64,000 nt of DNA, from assembly GCA_963665095.1 (NCBI GenBank), contig OY762069.1:1600001-1664000 (forward strand). The letters are read 5' to 3'. This DNA comes from an uncultured Desulfobacter sp. GTDB lineage: Bacteria; Desulfobacterota; Desulfobacteria; Desulfobacterales; Desulfobacteraceae. The stretch's first letter is position 1. Each line of letters starts with the position of its first letter. The notes beneath the pieces are model-generated. The model was not told where the DNA came from. It searched no databases and saw nothing but the letters and a program-made list of their open reading frames with translations. The position numbers and the translations under genes were made by a program. This document shows, in pieces, positions 49,932-60,895 of this stretch.

Positions 49932-50864
49932 TCAGTCATAATGGGGTACCCGCATGGGAAGTGGCAGATCTTCAGGTTTCAGGGATGTCTCTTTTTTAAT
50001 TTTTACCCTCAGGTCTATTGTGGGAATGGTATTCTGCACGGAATGACCGTCCTGTGAGAGGTAATAGGTTCCCCCCCGAGGATCAACCGGAACTTTTTGA
50101 ATTATGCCGGAGGTAACCAGCTCATCTATAGAACTTGGATAGGTATAAAATTTATGGGAAAAAGCATCAACGGCTTTGTTCAACAACTTTAGATTTGCCT
50201 GGTGGACCACCTGGTTAAGACGTTCAACCAACCGGGTCTTAAGGTCTTCCCTCTCTGTGGACCGGATCATCTCCTGCAAAAACGGCACTGCCACCTGTGG
50301 CGCATCCGCATTCGCATAGAGTCGCGCCACAAGCCTGGGAAGATACGAAGGGCTTTGAGGAAAACGGGCGGCGTGCTCAAGGTACTGGGCAGCCGTCAGA
50401 TAATCACCTTTATAATACATGTAATCAAAGGCAAGGAAAAAGGGAAGATAGTAATATCTGGGATGACTGGTGGAGACATGTTCCATACCCTTTTTCAAAA
50501 GGGCAATACTGCTGTCCACATCACCTACCTCTGTTGCCAGAGCAATGCCGCCAAACTCATAGGGGGGCTGGTACAATGGATCAAGGATGGTGACAATATT
50601 TAAAATATGAGCCAGCCAGCGATAATCCTGGTCTGTTTTGGAATGACCGCCAAAATACCCAAGAGCTTTGATCCAAAGCAGATCGCCTAAAATTTCATCG
50701 TATCCTAACGCGGCTCCTTTTAAAAACGCTCCAGAAGGCAGATAGCTCAAATTTTCAATAGGAGAATGGGGATATTTTTCATCCAGAGTGTGTATACATA
50801 AAACAAAGCCTGCGACGCAGACGAGGGTGATAATCACCAGGGATATTCGCTTTGACAAAGCCAA
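49932..50864 (-). CDS. Pilin-associated TPR-like membrane-anchored protein (PilG/Xap-like)
   Basis: N-terminal TM, DLLWIKALGY, LDP.Y..PY, C-term DPRGG.Y; between pilA and the ABC genes; TTG start. Confidence 0.65.
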   Translation of the reverse strand: MALSKRISLVIITLVCVAGFVLCIHTLDEKYPHSPIENLSYLPSGAFLKGAALGYDEILGDLLWIKALGYFGGHSKTDQDYRWLAHILNIVTILDPLYQPPYEFGGIALATEVGDVDSSIALLKKGMEHVSTSHPRYYYLPFFLAFDYMYYKGDYLTAAQYLEHAARFPQSPSYLPRLVARLYANADAPQVAVPFLQEMIRSTEREDLKTRLVERLNQVVHQANLKLLNKAVDAFSHKFYTYPSSIDELVTSGIIQKVPVDPRGGTYYLSQDGHSVQNTIPTIDLRVKIKKETSLKPEDLPLPMRVPHYD

Positions 50865-50887
50865 TAGTAATTCTCAGGAATAGGTTT

Positions 50888-50920
50888 GCCCCGGGGAAAA
50901 GGCATTCTTTTTCCCGGGGC
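50888..50920 (-). terminator. Hairpin downstream of pilA (terminator or mRNA-stabilising stem)
   Basis: GCCCCGGGGAAAAG...CTTTTTCCCGGGGC; weak U-tract. Confidence 0.65.
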
Positions 50921-50963
50921 TGTAGTTTATCAAAAATATTCTGGATAAACGTGTCGCTATTAG

Positions 50964-51422
50964 TTAGAACTCATTGGCAGGCAACGGACCGGTAAGAGCG
51001 CCTGTCTGATCAAGTGTGAAGGATGCATTTGCGGAATCTGCATCCAAATTACCTGTTGCGGTTGCGGTAAATGACGTCGTACCGGTGATTGCTACAGCAT
51101 ATTGATAATATACACTTCCGGCAGGGGCAAAACCAACAACGTCAAACCCGGTGCCAGTGGCAGTCCATGCAGCTTTAACACCAGCCGGCACTGCAGACGG
51201 GTTTGCAGAACATGCCCGATATGTGTCATTTTCAGCGCGGTAACTTTCCTGAGCCGTTTTGATACCACCCAGGTTGGTTTTGGCTTCAGCCGTCTTGGAC
51301 TTCAGCTGGTAGTTGAGAAAGTTGGGAATGGCAATGGCAGCCAGGATGCCGATAATGGCAACAACGATCATCAGTTCGATCAGGGTGAAACCTTTCTGGT
51401 TTTTTCTAATAAGTTTTGTCAT
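50964..51422 (-). CDS. pilA: Type IVa major pilin
   Basis: [27 protein letters not shown]. Confidence 0.96.
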   Translation of the reverse strand: MTKLIRKNQKGFTLIELMIVVAIIGILAAIAIPNFLNYQLKSKTAEAKTNLGGIKTAQESYRAENDTYRACSANPSAVPAGVKAAWTATGTGFDVVGFAPAGSVYYQYAVAITGTTSFTATATGNLDADSANASFTLDQTGALTGPLPANEF

Positions 51423-51486
51423 TTTTTACTCTCCTTTTGTTGGGTTAAATGATGTGACAAACTTTTTCGTAATTGACAATGCTACA

Positions 51487-51503
51487 TGCAACAGCAGTGC
51501 CAA
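51487..51503 (-). promoter_or_regulatory. sigma54 promoter of pilA
   Basis: TTGGCACTGCTGTTGCA, near-consensus -24/-12. Confidence 0.88.
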
Positions 51504-51629
51504 TACGAAAAATTAACTTATTTTATTTGCAATTATTTGAATTCAAAAGATATTTTTAAAAAAAACCATGCTCGTAGAAAAAAAAACAAACGAATTTTCG
51601 CCGATATTTGACAAAAAAGATAATCCGTA

Positions 51630-51644
51630 TGACAAAAAATGTCA
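51630..51644. promoter_or_regulatory. Candidate PilR enhancer site
   Basis: TGACA-AAAAA-TGTCA palindrome about 130 bp upstream of the sigma54 promoter; another TGACAAAAAA half-site nearby. Confidence 0.5.
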
Positions 51645-51669
51645 ATCAGGATTATTACTGGCAACTATT

Positions 51670-53076
51670 TTAGTCAGTTGTGCCCTCGTCTGGCATAATT
51701 TTATCAAGACGATACCTGAAAGACCTTAAAGACAGATTCAACAGATCAGCAGCTTTACTTTTATTTCCCTGGGCAATCTCCATGGCCTTTTTAATATACG
51801 ACCCTTCTACATCAGCCATAATTTTATCAAGGTCCACGCCGGATGCCACATCTTCAAGATCATAACGGCTGCCCCGGATACCTTCAATCCAGCGCCGCCT
51901 CTTGTGTGAGGATATTGTCAGGCTTTCGGGCAGAATAATATTTGTTGAAGAGAGCGCCACGGACCGTTCGATTAGATTTTCAAGTTCCCTGACATTGCCG
52001 GGAAAGGAATACTGATTTAAAAAATCAATGGCATAGGACGACAGTTTAACGATGTCTTTCCCAAGTTTTGCCGAAAACTTTTCAACAAAATGGCTGGCCA
52101 GTAACTCAATATCCCCTTTTCGATCCCGCAACGGCGGCACTTTGATGGGAATGACGTTAAGCCTGAAAAAAAGATCCTCTCTGAAATTACCGTCAATGAC
52201 CTCCTGCTCGAGCTTCTTATTGGTGGCCGAAATAATTCTGACATCCACAGAGATTTCCCTGGTACCGCCAACCGGCTTGAACCGGGTCTCCTGAACGGCA
52301 CGGAGCAGTTTGACCTGCAGAAACGTTGAGAGCTCTCCGATTTCGTCCAGAAAAATGGTGCCTGAATTGGCCGCATCAAACAGTCCCTGCTTGTCTGCCA
52401 CAGCCCCTGTGAATGCCCCTTTGACATGGCCGAAAAATTCGCTTTCCATAAGCGTATCCGGAATGCCGCCGCAATTAACCACCACAAAGGGTTTGTCTTT
52501 GCGGTCCGAGTGCTCATGAATGGCCCGGGCTATGAGCTCCTTGCCGGTACCGCTTTCACCGGTGACCAGTACATTGGTTTTAGTGGGACCGATGTGCCGT
52601 ATTCGTTTATATATCGCCTTCATGCCAGGGCTGTTGCCGATGATGCGGTTGAAATGAAGATGGCTTTTAAGCTCAGAGGAGCGGTGGGCCTTTTCCTGGT
52701 CAAGGGTCAGAAGATCTAAGGCCCGTTCAATGGTCGCACAAAGTTCATTATTGTCAAAGGGCTTGGGTACAAAATCATAGGCACCCTCGTTCATGGCCTC
52801 AACAGCAATTTCCGTTGTGGAATAGGCTGAGATCATGACGACAACGGTGTCAGGGTGTTCTTTTTTGACGGCTCTGAGCACATCCAGACCTGTGATATCG
52901 CCTAACCGGATATCAGTGAGGACCAGGTCATATCTTTTCTGTTTGATGCTGGTTAGCGCCTGCTTGCCGTTTTTGGCCAGTGTGACTTTGTATCCTTTTT
53001 TGGATAACAGCATCTCCAGAAACTCGCGCATGCTGAGCTCATCATCCACCACCAGTATGCTGTGCATCTGAGTCAT
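51670..53076 (-). CDS. pilR: sigma54-dependent response regulator (PilR-like)
   Basis: Receiver, [24 protein letters not shown], Fis-type [11 protein letters not shown]; adjacent to pilA. Confidence 0.88.
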   Translation of the reverse strand: MTQMHSILVVDDELSMREFLEMLLSKKGYKVTLAKNGKQALTSIKQKRYDLVLTDIRLGDITGLDVLRAVKKEHPDTVVVMISAYSTTEIAVEAMNEGAYDFVPKPFDNNELCATIERALDLLTLDQEKAHRSSELKSHLHFNRIIGNSPGMKAIYKRIRHIGPTKTNVLVTGESGTGKELIARAIHEHSDRKDKPFVVVNCGGIPDTLMESEFFGHVKGAFTGAVADKQGLFDAANSGTIFLDEIGELSTFLQVKLLRAVQETRFKPVGGTREISVDVRIISATNKKLEQEVIDGNFREDLFFRLNVIPIKVPPLRDRKGDIELLASHFVEKFSAKLGKDIVKLSSYAIDFLNQYSFPGNVRELENLIERSVALSSTNIILPESLTISSHKRRRWIEGIRGSRYDLEDVASGVDLDKIMADVEGSYIKKAMEIAQGNKSKAADLLNLSLRSFRYRLDKIMPDEGTTD

Positions 53077-53093
53077 AATCCTTTTGCCCTGCC

Positions 53094-54386
53094 CTACTTC
53101 CGGCTGTAAACGATTTGGCCGTCAACTATGGTCATGATGGCCCTGCCAGTAACCTCCCGGCCGGAAAAAGGGGTGTTGCGCCCTTTACTTAAAAAACAGT
53201 CCGGGTCAACTGTCCAGGGCTCATCTATGCGGATCAGGGTGAGATCTGCAGGATTCCCGGCTGTTATATCATTGTTGATCCCTAAAAGAGCGGCCGGTGC
53301 CTTGGCCATTTTTTCCACCAGCTGCTCAAGGGTAAGATGCCCCTGGGCCACCAGCTCAAGACTCAGGGCCAGAGAGGTTTCAAGCCCAACAATACCAAAG
53401 GCAGCCAGGTCAAACTCCACGTTTTTTTCATCTTCGTTGTGGGGCGCATGATCCGTGGCAATCATATCAATGGTGCCGTCTTTCAACCCCTCAATAATGG
53501 CCTGTCGGTCCTGTTCACTGCGCAAAGGCGGGTTCATCTTGAAATTAGTGTCATAGGCGGGGATATCAGCATCGGTGAGGGTAAAATAGTGGGGTGCAGT
53601 TTCACAGGTGACATTCAGACCCTTTGCCTTGGCTGCACGAATCGCTTCAATGGACTGAGCCGTACTCATGTGGCAGAAATGAACCCGGGCACCTGTAAGT
53701 TCACTCAGGGCAATGTCCCGCATCACCATGACAGATTCTGCTGCATTGGGGATGCCTTTGATCCCCATCACCGTGGCAGGAAGGCCCTCGTTCATGGCAC
53801 CGCCGTCTGCCAGCCGTTTGTCCTCGGCATGAACCAGTACCGGCAGATCAAGTGTCCGGCAGTACTCCAGGGTACGTCGCATGAGTTGGGAATCATACAC
53901 CGGCTGTCCGTCATCGGTTACTGCCCGAATGCCGGCTGTTTTCATATCAGCAATATCGTTGAGTCTTTCCCCTTCAAGATTCCAGGAGATAGCCCCTGCC
54001 GGAAACACCCTGGCACCAGGTACCTTTCTGCCCTGGCTGACAATAAAAGAGGTTACCTGGGCATTATCATTCACCGGTTTTGTATTGGGCATGGCACAAA
54101 CGGTGACAAATCCACCGGCTGCGGCCGCTTTCAGGCCGGTCTCTATGGTTTCTTTATACTCCTGGCCAGGCTCCCGTAAATGAACATGCACGTCAATGAG
54201 TCCGGGTACGGCAATCAGCCCCCGGCCATCAATTATCGTTGCTTTTTCATCGGATGCACTTCCGGATGCCTCTGTCTGGTCCGGCTCCGACACAGTTTCG
54301 AACACACCGTTGCAGATGGTGATATCTTTGATTCCGTCAATTCTGCCCGGGTCAACAACCCGGATGCCTTTAATTTGTATCTGCAT
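53094..54386 (-). CDS. pyrC: Dihydroorotase
   Basis: DVHVHLREPG, MPNTKP, KMNPPLR, ATDHAPH. Confidence 0.96.
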   Translation of the reverse strand: MQIQIKGIRVVDPGRIDGIKDITICNGVFETVSEPDQTEASGSASDEKATIIDGRGLIAVPGLIDVHVHLREPGQEYKETIETGLKAAAAGGFVTVCAMPNTKPVNDNAQVTSFIVSQGRKVPGARVFPAGAISWNLEGERLNDIADMKTAGIRAVTDDGQPVYDSQLMRRTLEYCRTLDLPVLVHAEDKRLADGGAMNEGLPATVMGIKGIPNAAESVMVMRDIALSELTGARVHFCHMSTAQSIEAIRAAKAKGLNVTCETAPHYFTLTDADIPAYDTNFKMNPPLRSEQDRQAIIEGLKDGTIDMIATDHAPHNEDEKNVEFDLAAFGIVGLETSLALSLELVAQGHLTLEQLVEKMAKAPAALLGINNDITAGNPADLTLIRIDEPWTVDPDCFLSKGRNTPFSGREVTGRAIMTIVDGQIVYSRK

Positions 54387-55308
54387 GCCTGCTGCCTCCT
54401 GCCACTAGATAAAAAAGGGCCATACGAAGGGCCACCCCGTTGGTCACCTGCTCCAGAATCACGGACTGTTCTGCATCCGCCACCAGGGTTGAAATTTCAA
54501 CCCCGCGGTTCAAGGGGCCGGGATGCATGACCAGGGCATCTTTTGCTGCAAGTGCCATCCGGGCCTTGTTCAGCCCGTAAAGGGCAGCATACTCACGTTC
54601 ACTGGGAAAAAGCAGACTTCCCTGACGTTCCTTTTGGATGCGCAGCATCATAACCACGTCAGCACCTTCTATACAGGCGTCCATATCCGAAGCAACCCTG
54701 CAGCCCATCTGCTCAATGCCCACCGGAATCATGGTCCCGGGCGCGCAGATGGTAACGGATGCACCCATTCTGGACAATCCGATGATGTTGGACCGGGCCA
54801 CTCTGGAATGGGAGATATCCCCCACAATGGAGACCTTCAGCCCCTCAATCCGTCCTTTTTTCTCCTGGATGGTCATCATGTCCAAAAGCGATTGCGAAGG
54901 ATGGGCATGGGTTCCGTCACCGGCATTGATCACGGAACAATTCACCCATTTTGACACCTGGTATGCCGCACCGGATGAAGAATGACGCATGACAATGATA
55001 TCGGGTGTCATGGATTCCAGGGTACGGACCGTATCCCTTAAAGTTTCCCCCTTAACAATACTGGAAGAACTTTTAGAAATGGAAACAGTGTCTGCAGACA
55101 GGCGCTTGCCGGCCAGCTCAAAAGAGAGCTTGGTCCGGGTGGAAGGCTCCTGGAAAAAAAGCACAATGGTTTTACCGCGTAACGTCGGTACTTTCTTGAC
55201 AGCCCGCTGGGAGATTTCTTTCATCCCCCGGGCGGTATCCAGGATGTAGGCAATCTCTTCACGGCTTAAAGAATCAATGTCAAGAATATCTTTTTTTTCA
55301 AACCGCAT
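54370..55308 (-). CDS. pyrB: Aspartate carbamoyltransferase catalytic subunit
   Basis: PSTRTKLSFE, NAGDGTHAHPSQ, HSRVARSN, MHPGPLNRGVEI. Confidence 0.97.
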   Translation of the reverse strand: MRFEKKDILDIDSLSREEIAYILDTARGMKEISQRAVKKVPTLRGKTIVLFFQEPSTRTKLSFELAGKRLSADTVSISKSSSSIVKGETLRDTVRTLESMTPDIIVMRHSSSGAAYQVSKWVNCSVINAGDGTHAHPSQSLLDMMTIQEKKGRIEGLKVSIVGDISHSRVARSNIIGLSRMGASVTICAPGTMIPVGIEQMGCRVASDMDACIEGADVVMMLRIQKERQGSLLFPSEREYAALYGLNKARMALAAKDALVMHPGPLNRGVEISTLVADAEQSVILEQVTNGVALRMALFYLVAGGSRHADTN

Positions 55309-55321
55309 AATTAAACAATCC

Positions 55322-55942
55322 TTAAAACAATAAGGTCCCGATCCGGTTCCAGCGCACTCCGAAATCTTTTTTATTCCAGGACCAGTAAATAATAACAGCC
55401 TCGCCTCTTACCTCGCTTAAATCCACAAAACCCCAGAACCTTGAATCATGGCTGTTGTCCCGGTTGTCTCCCATGACAAAAAGTTTATTGGACGGGACGG
55501 TTATCTTTTGTAAATTGTCCCGGGTGGTTAACTGGGCCGGCAGAATCCGGGTATCTTTATACTGGGCCCAGGGCTGATGGGTAACAAGCTTATCATTGAC
55601 ATACAGTTTCTTGTCCACAATCTCCAAAGTATCCCCGCCAACGGCAATGACCCGTTTAATATAATCCTTGGAAGGATCTTCAGGATATTTGAATACCACG
55701 ATGTCATCCCGTTCAGGCTTTTTCACAGGTATCAGGGTCTTTCCGTCGGTAAAGGGAACCTTTACCCCGTAAATGAATTTATTGACAAGGATCTGGTCTC
55801 CGATCTGCAATGTTTCAAGCATGGAGCCGGAGGGTATTTTAAAGGCCTGAATGATAAAGGTGCGGATGAACAGAGCAATCACAATGGCAACGAGAATCGC
55901 TTCAATATTCTCCCGCCAGGCGCTTTTCTTTTTTGTACTCAT
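55322..55942 (-). CDS. lepB: Signal peptidase I
   Basis: IPSGSM, DYIKRVI, GDNRDNSHDSRFWG. Confidence 0.97.
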   Translation of the reverse strand: MSTKKKSAWRENIEAILVAIVIALFIRTFIIQAFKIPSGSMLETLQIGDQILVNKFIYGVKVPFTDGKTLIPVKKPERDDIVVFKYPEDPSKDYIKRVIAVGGDTLEIVDKKLYVNDKLVTHQPWAQYKDTRILPAQLTTRDNLQKITVPSNKLFVMGDNRDNSHDSRFWGFVDLSEVRGEAVIIYWSWNKKDFGVRWNRIGTLLF

Positions 55943-56057
55943 TTCTTTAATTTCTTTCTAAAACTATTAATTTTAAGTGAGCATCGCGGACCGCAGGCAT
56001 CTCTTCAGCAGCTTTTTGAGCATAAGCCGTTGCATTTGATGCGCAGATCCACGCCAG

Positions 56058-57221
56058 TTAACAGAACAGGTGCTGGGGGACGCCGATAAAAAATCGGCCC
56101 TGCTGGATTTCGGTTTTTAGAATTTTGGCTATCTTGCGTGCCTTGACCATGCTGGACAACGGTACCGTTTGGACAGGTTGCCCCTTGATCATGATGGTCC
56201 CGCTTTTAAGCTCAGCATAGCTGACCTGCCCGTAAGATCTTGAAATGCCTTTGGGATAGTCATGGCCGTAATCAATGATCTGGGTGAAAATATCTTTATC
56301 AGCCACAGATGTGTATTTTAGAATCTCCTCGTTTAAAATGGGAATGGGAATGCCAAGTCCCACGGAAAGGGAGACACCGTACCCCCGGATGCTCTGACCC
56401 ACCAGCCATTCAGGGGACATCTCCTTGAGATCACCAATGACAGACAGGGTGCCTGCACCGGACAAAGGCACACCGTTAAGGCCCCTGTCCACTTCCTTTT
56501 TATGCTGGGTGCCGGTCCAGGTCACATATCCCTGGGCACCACCCAGAAAAATCCTTGTGCCTACGCCAATGGTTTTCAGATAGGGATCATTAAACAGCGG
56601 ACTTAATTCTCCGGAGGTGGAATAATTGGCATTGGCCATATTGGGCTTCAAGGTCCCCATATATGTATATTTGACCTTGTCTGACCGGTTAATGGCGCAG
56701 TTGTAATTCTGATAGGCGTTCCTTGGATTGCACAGCATGGCGTTGGGCAACTCTTTTAAAGTGACGGTTTTCTCAATTCTTAAATTGGGATAACAGTCTG
56801 TGCCGTAACTTTCCGCCCGGATATGCACGGGCTTGCCTGCCACAAGGTCCTGAATCACATGGCCGCCGCCATAGTTGAATTCGCCTGGATGGTATTTATT
56901 TAAAGGGTCATCCTCACACACGGCCGTGGCTCCAAGATAACAGTCCACCGCCGCTATGGCTGAATAGGCCGGCACATTGTTGAACCAGGTCGAAGTGGTC
57001 CGGATCACAGGCGTGGACTGGCCGATATTGATAAATGCTCCGGAAGAGCACATGGGGGCAAAGGTACCGGTGGTGACTACATCAACCTTTCGGGCCGCTT
57101 CCACCACCCCTTCATTTTCAGCAATGTCGATAATTTCTTCTGCCGTAACCACCACGGCGTTTCCAGCAGCAATTTTTGCATTGATCTCTTCGTAGGTTTT
57201 ATTCACCTGACAGGTGCTCAT
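56058..57221 (-). CDS. DUF39-family homocysteine biosynthesis protein (aspartate semialdehyde sulfurtransferase-like)
   Basis: VDVVTTGTFAPMCSSGA, YGGGHVI, NPRNAYQNY, GELSPLFNDP, IGVGTRIFLGG. Confidence 0.85.
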   Translation of the reverse strand: MSTCQVNKTYEEINAKIAAGNAVVVTAEEIIDIAENEGVVEAARKVDVVTTGTFAPMCSSGAFINIGQSTPVIRTTSTWFNNVPAYSAIAAVDCYLGATAVCEDDPLNKYHPGEFNYGGGHVIQDLVAGKPVHIRAESYGTDCYPNLRIEKTVTLKELPNAMLCNPRNAYQNYNCAINRSDKVKYTYMGTLKPNMANANYSTSGELSPLFNDPYLKTIGVGTRIFLGGAQGYVTWTGTQHKKEVDRGLNGVPLSGAGTLSVIGDLKEMSPEWLVGQSIRGYGVSLSVGLGIPIPILNEEILKYTSVADKDIFTQIIDYGHDYPKGISRSYGQVSYAELKSGTIMIKGQPVQTVPLSSMVKARKIAKILKTEIQQGRFFIGVPQHLFC

Positions 57222-57306
57222 GATTTAAATTGTCCTGATGATAATAAGCGTTTCAATGGTCGCAAGCGAACGGATCCAATTTTAGTAACGGGCTCAATTA
57301 ACTGCT

Positions 57307-58689
57307 TTAATTAAGCTGGCTTTTTACCGACTCAATTTTCGAGGTAACATTATTTTTTATCCAGGCGGCATCCCACCACTCCACTGGATTGACAAACACA
57401 TTGTGAACAATCATGGAAAAGTGCAGATGATCTCCCCCGGCAAGTCCGGTCAACCCGGTGCGGCCGATGGTATCACCTTTTTTTACCACATCGTCCTTCA
57501 TCACTGTGATTTGACTTAAATGAGCATAGAGGCTGGCAAGGCCAAGTCCATGATCAAGGATCACTGTATTCCCGAAAATACCGACATTTTCAGCCATGAT
57601 CACCCGCCCGTTGTTGGCTGCGCCCACCTGCGCCCCGGAGGTAGATGCCAGATCAATGCCCAGATGGGTGGAATGGCTGATCTTTTTACCTTTATATTTA
57701 TACGTTCTTTTATCTGCAAACCGTGCCCGGTTAGCTGCCCCTGAAAGGCGGGAGAATCGCCCCTCCCACAGCAGCTTTCCTTCTGTATCAAGCCCTGGCA
57801 CGGACAACACCTTTTTGTTGTTCTCCCGGCGCAGGGTTTCGTTGATATATAGGAACTTGGCCAGATTCGGGTTGTCCGAGCTTAAAAATTCAGCTTCTCT
57901 GGCACCCAGATCAAAGCCAGGCATTTTACGCTCTAAAAAACTGTCTGAAATATTCAGGGCGTCCGCTCTGAAACTCTTATCTTTAATATAATGATAAAAC
58001 CCCCTCCGGGTTAGATTCCCTGCAGGGTCCTGTGCCTCAACAACCATGCGGGTTTCAGGCCCCTGGGTATTATCCAGAGCAAAAAGCGCAGTCATCACCA
58101 GGGGATCATCAAATACCCCGGAGTATCCGGGGAAAAAATTTTCCCCAACCTTTACACCGCTTTGAATATTTTCCTCTTCAAGTTTATAAACAATAAGCCC
58201 TGCCCCCCCCTTTGCCACATTATGCTGAGAGGTCAATATACGAACCTTGGGCGGCGACGTATCTATAATAACCGGATGTTCTTCAGAAAGTTGATTGCCT
58301 TTACCCCATTTATACCAGGAATAGTCGGTAACCAGAATGCGGATCACAGCATCTCCGTCACTCATGCCGTACTTTCGAATTTCAACAGGGATAACAAAAC
58401 TGTCCTGCCGGATGCCGCTGTCCGAAAAAAGTGACAAAAGGGATGGTGCTTTATAATGCTTATCCAACAGGACTTTTTCATTGTCCTTTTGCACAAGAGT
58501 AATGAAAACATGCCGGAGACCGGTGCCATATTCACCGACGGTCATGTTAATTTCATAAGATTGCTTGAGATATTGAGATGGAAGACTGAGGTTTGCTTCA
58601 GGGACATCCCCCTCAAATTTATTGAAAAGAATCCAGGCCGCCGGCACAGCAACCACCAGGAACAGTATGAAAAAAACCGTCTTCTTCAT
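57307..58689 (-). CDS. M23 family metallopeptidase
   Basis: HLGID (HxxxD), YAHLS, GDHLHF; N-terminal TM. Confidence 0.92.
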   Translation of the reverse strand: MKKTVFFILFLVVAVPAAWILFNKFEGDVPEANLSLPSQYLKQSYEINMTVGEYGTGLRHVFITLVQKDNEKVLLDKHYKAPSLLSLFSDSGIRQDSFVIPVEIRKYGMSDGDAVIRILVTDYSWYKWGKGNQLSEEHPVIIDTSPPKVRILTSQHNVAKGGAGLIVYKLEEENIQSGVKVGENFFPGYSGVFDDPLVMTALFALDNTQGPETRMVVEAQDPAGNLTRRGFYHYIKDKSFRADALNISDSFLERKMPGFDLGAREAEFLSSDNPNLAKFLYINETLRRENNKKVLSVPGLDTEGKLLWEGRFSRLSGAANRARFADKRTYKYKGKKISHSTHLGIDLASTSGAQVGAANNGRVIMAENVGIFGNTVILDHGLGLASLYAHLSQITVMKDDVVKKGDTIGRTGLTGLAGGDHLHFSMIVHNVFVNPVEWWDAAWIKNNVTSKIESVKSQLN

Positions 58690-58981
58690 CGAACAGCCTT
58701 ATTTATCAAGAAGTTACACCACAACATTTAAAATCAGTCTAAAATAGCAGCAATAGCTGCAGTTATCAAGGAGTTTTCCCGGGCAAAATTCATCACCAAC
58801 CCCCTGCATGCGGTGCTGATTATCCGTCATGTTATGCACATCCGATTACGAGCAAGTCATGCGTAAATTACCATAATGTCATTAAACGGATTCATGCCGG
58901 TAACACAAGCAACTTGACTTTTACGGGTCCGGATAATAATTTGGGCGGTACCATTGCTTTTTCAAATTTAAGGATATCTAC

Positions 58982-59794
58982 ATGACCAACTTTTTTTTTG
59001 ACCTGAGCAGAACCAAATCCTCGGGTTTCTTTCTTATTGCCGGCCCCTGTGTCATAGAAGACTATGATACGAGTTTCAGCATTGCAAAACATTTAAAAAA
59101 AGTGGCTTTGAATTTAGGGATTCCATATATTTTTAAAGCATCTTATGACAAAGCCAACCGCACTTCTATCCAGTCCTTTAGAGGCCCCGGTCCTGAACGG
59201 GGGCTTGAAATCTTGCAACAGATTAAAAGCGAACTTGACATCCCTGTTATCTCAGATATACACCTGCCGGATCAGGCGGAAAAGGCGGCGCAGGTGCTTG
59301 ATATCATACAGGTTCCTGCCTTTTTATGCCGTCAGACAGATCTCATCACGGCTGCCTGCAGGACAGGAAAGCCCGTAAATATCAAAAAGGGTCAGTTTCT
59401 GGCGCCTTCCGACTGTAAAAATATCGTGAAAAAGGCAGAATTCACCGGAAATCAGAATATTGCCATCACCGAACGTGGCACCTGCTTTGGATACAACAAC
59501 CTGGTGGTGGACTTCAGATCCATACAGATCTTAAGCGAAATGGGACTGCCTGTAATCTTTGATGCCACCCACAGCGTACAACTGCCCGGGGCCGGCAACA
59601 ATGCATCCTCAGGCGATCGAGAATTTGTTCCAACACTTGCCAAAGCAGCTGTGGCCTGTGGTGTTAATGGAATATTTATGGAAACCCATCCGGAACCGGA
59701 CAAGGCACTGTGCGACGGACCGAATTCCATACCCCTGGACCAGATGCAGGATCTTTTAACCACGTTGGTCAATATCAGAAAAGCAACCGGATAA
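58982..59794 (+). CDS. kdsA: KDO8P synthase
   Basis: IAGPCVIE, KASYDKANRTS, PAFLCRQTDL, DATHSVQ. Confidence 0.97.
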   Translation: MTNFFFDLSRTKSSGFFLIAGPCVIEDYDTSFSIAKHLKKVALNLGIPYIFKASYDKANRTSIQSFRGPGPERGLEILQQIKSELDIPVISDIHLPDQAEKAAQVLDIIQVPAFLCRQTDLITAACRTGKPVNIKKGQFLAPSDCKNIVKKAEFTGNQNIAITERGTCFGYNNLVVDFRSIQILSEMGLPVIFDATHSVQLPGAGNNASSGDREFVPTLAKAAVACGVNGIFMETHPEPDKALCDGPNSIPLDQMQDLLTTLVNIRKATG

Positions 59795-59798
59795 TCCC

Positions 59799-60314
59799 AT
59801 GGCAACACAGCTTTCAGATATTAAACTGTTGCTCCTTGATGTGGACGGCGTCCTTACCGACGGCCGCATTACTTACACAGACACTGGAGAACAGATAAAA
59901 AGCTTTAATGCAAAAGACGGCCTTGGCATCCGTCTGCTCATGGAAGCCGGTGTTGATGTGGGAATTGTCACAGCACGGGTGGCAGGGGCGCTTCGCCACA
60001 GATGCGATAACTTAGGCATTCAGCTGATTTTTGAAGGAGTAAAGAATAAGGCTGCTGCTTTTGAAACTATTTCGAACACGTTGGGAATCAGGCCCGAATA
60101 TATTGCCTTTATGGGAGACGACCTCATTGACCTGCCTGCCATGACCCGGGCCGGAATAGGCATTGCAGTGGCTGATGCTGCGGCAGAAGTCAAGGCTCAT
60201 GCCGATATGGTAATGGATCTTGGTGGCGGAAAAGGTGCGGTCAGACAGGCCTGCGAAGCTATTCTTAAAGCCAAAGGCCTTTGGGAGGAAGTGATTTCAG
60301 GATTTTTGTCATGA
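59799..60314 (+). CDS. kdsC: KDO8P phosphatase (HAD)
   Basis: DVDGVLTDG, KDGLGI, GDDLID, GGKGAVR. Confidence 0.95.
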   Translation: MATQLSDIKLLLLDVDGVLTDGRITYTDTGEQIKSFNAKDGLGIRLLMEAGVDVGIVTARVAGALRHRCDNLGIQLIFEGVKNKAAAFETISNTLGIRPEYIAFMGDDLIDLPAMTRAGIGIAVADAAAEVKAHADMVMDLGGGKGAVRQACEAILKAKGLWEEVISGFLS

Positions 60315-60895
60315 CCAGTGCCGGCAAAAAAAATCTGATCTTTCCTCTGGTACTGTTGTTAGGCGCCATTCTTGCCGTGCTCGCCATCTACTACTATGTC
60401 AACCAGATACTTTCTGCACCTGTGAAAATTGAAAACATCGTGGTGGATAACAAAGCAACGTTAAAGCTGAATTCACTGGAACAGATCTCTAAAAAAAACG
60501 GCATCACGGAATGGAAGCTGAAAGCTTCAAGCGCCTCTCTTTTGAAAGATCAAAACAAGGCGGTTCTTACAGATGTGGATGTGGTCTTTTTTACCAAACA
60601 GAACACTGAAATTCACCTGACAGCAGACCAGGGGGAACTGAACACAAAAACCCACGATATGGTCTTTACACAAAATGTCAACGTGCAGTATGAGGGCTAC
60701 ACCCTGGCAAGTGAAACATTGCAATATACCAAAAAAGCACATATAATACGATCCGATTCACGGGTCAGGATGAACGACGGCAATTCCACTATTGAAGCGG
60801 ACACCATGGAGACCCAATTGAACCAGAATCTGGTCATTTTGACGGGACATGTAAAAGGACAGTTCAGTGAAAGCAGTCAGCCGGCTAATTTATAG
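60311..60895 (+). CDS. lptC: LPS export protein LptC
   Basis: Single N-terminal TM, WKLKA, beta-jellyroll pattern; synteny. Confidence 0.85.
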   Translation: MTSAGKKNLIFPLVLLLGAILAVLAIYYYVNQILSAPVKIENIVVDNKATLKLNSLEQISKKNGITEWKLKASSASLLKDQNKAVLTDVDVVFFTKQNTEIHLTADQGELNTKTHDMVFTQNVNVQYEGYTLASETLQYTKKAHIIRSDSRVRMNDGNSTIEADTMETQLNQNLVILTGHVKGQFSESSQPANL

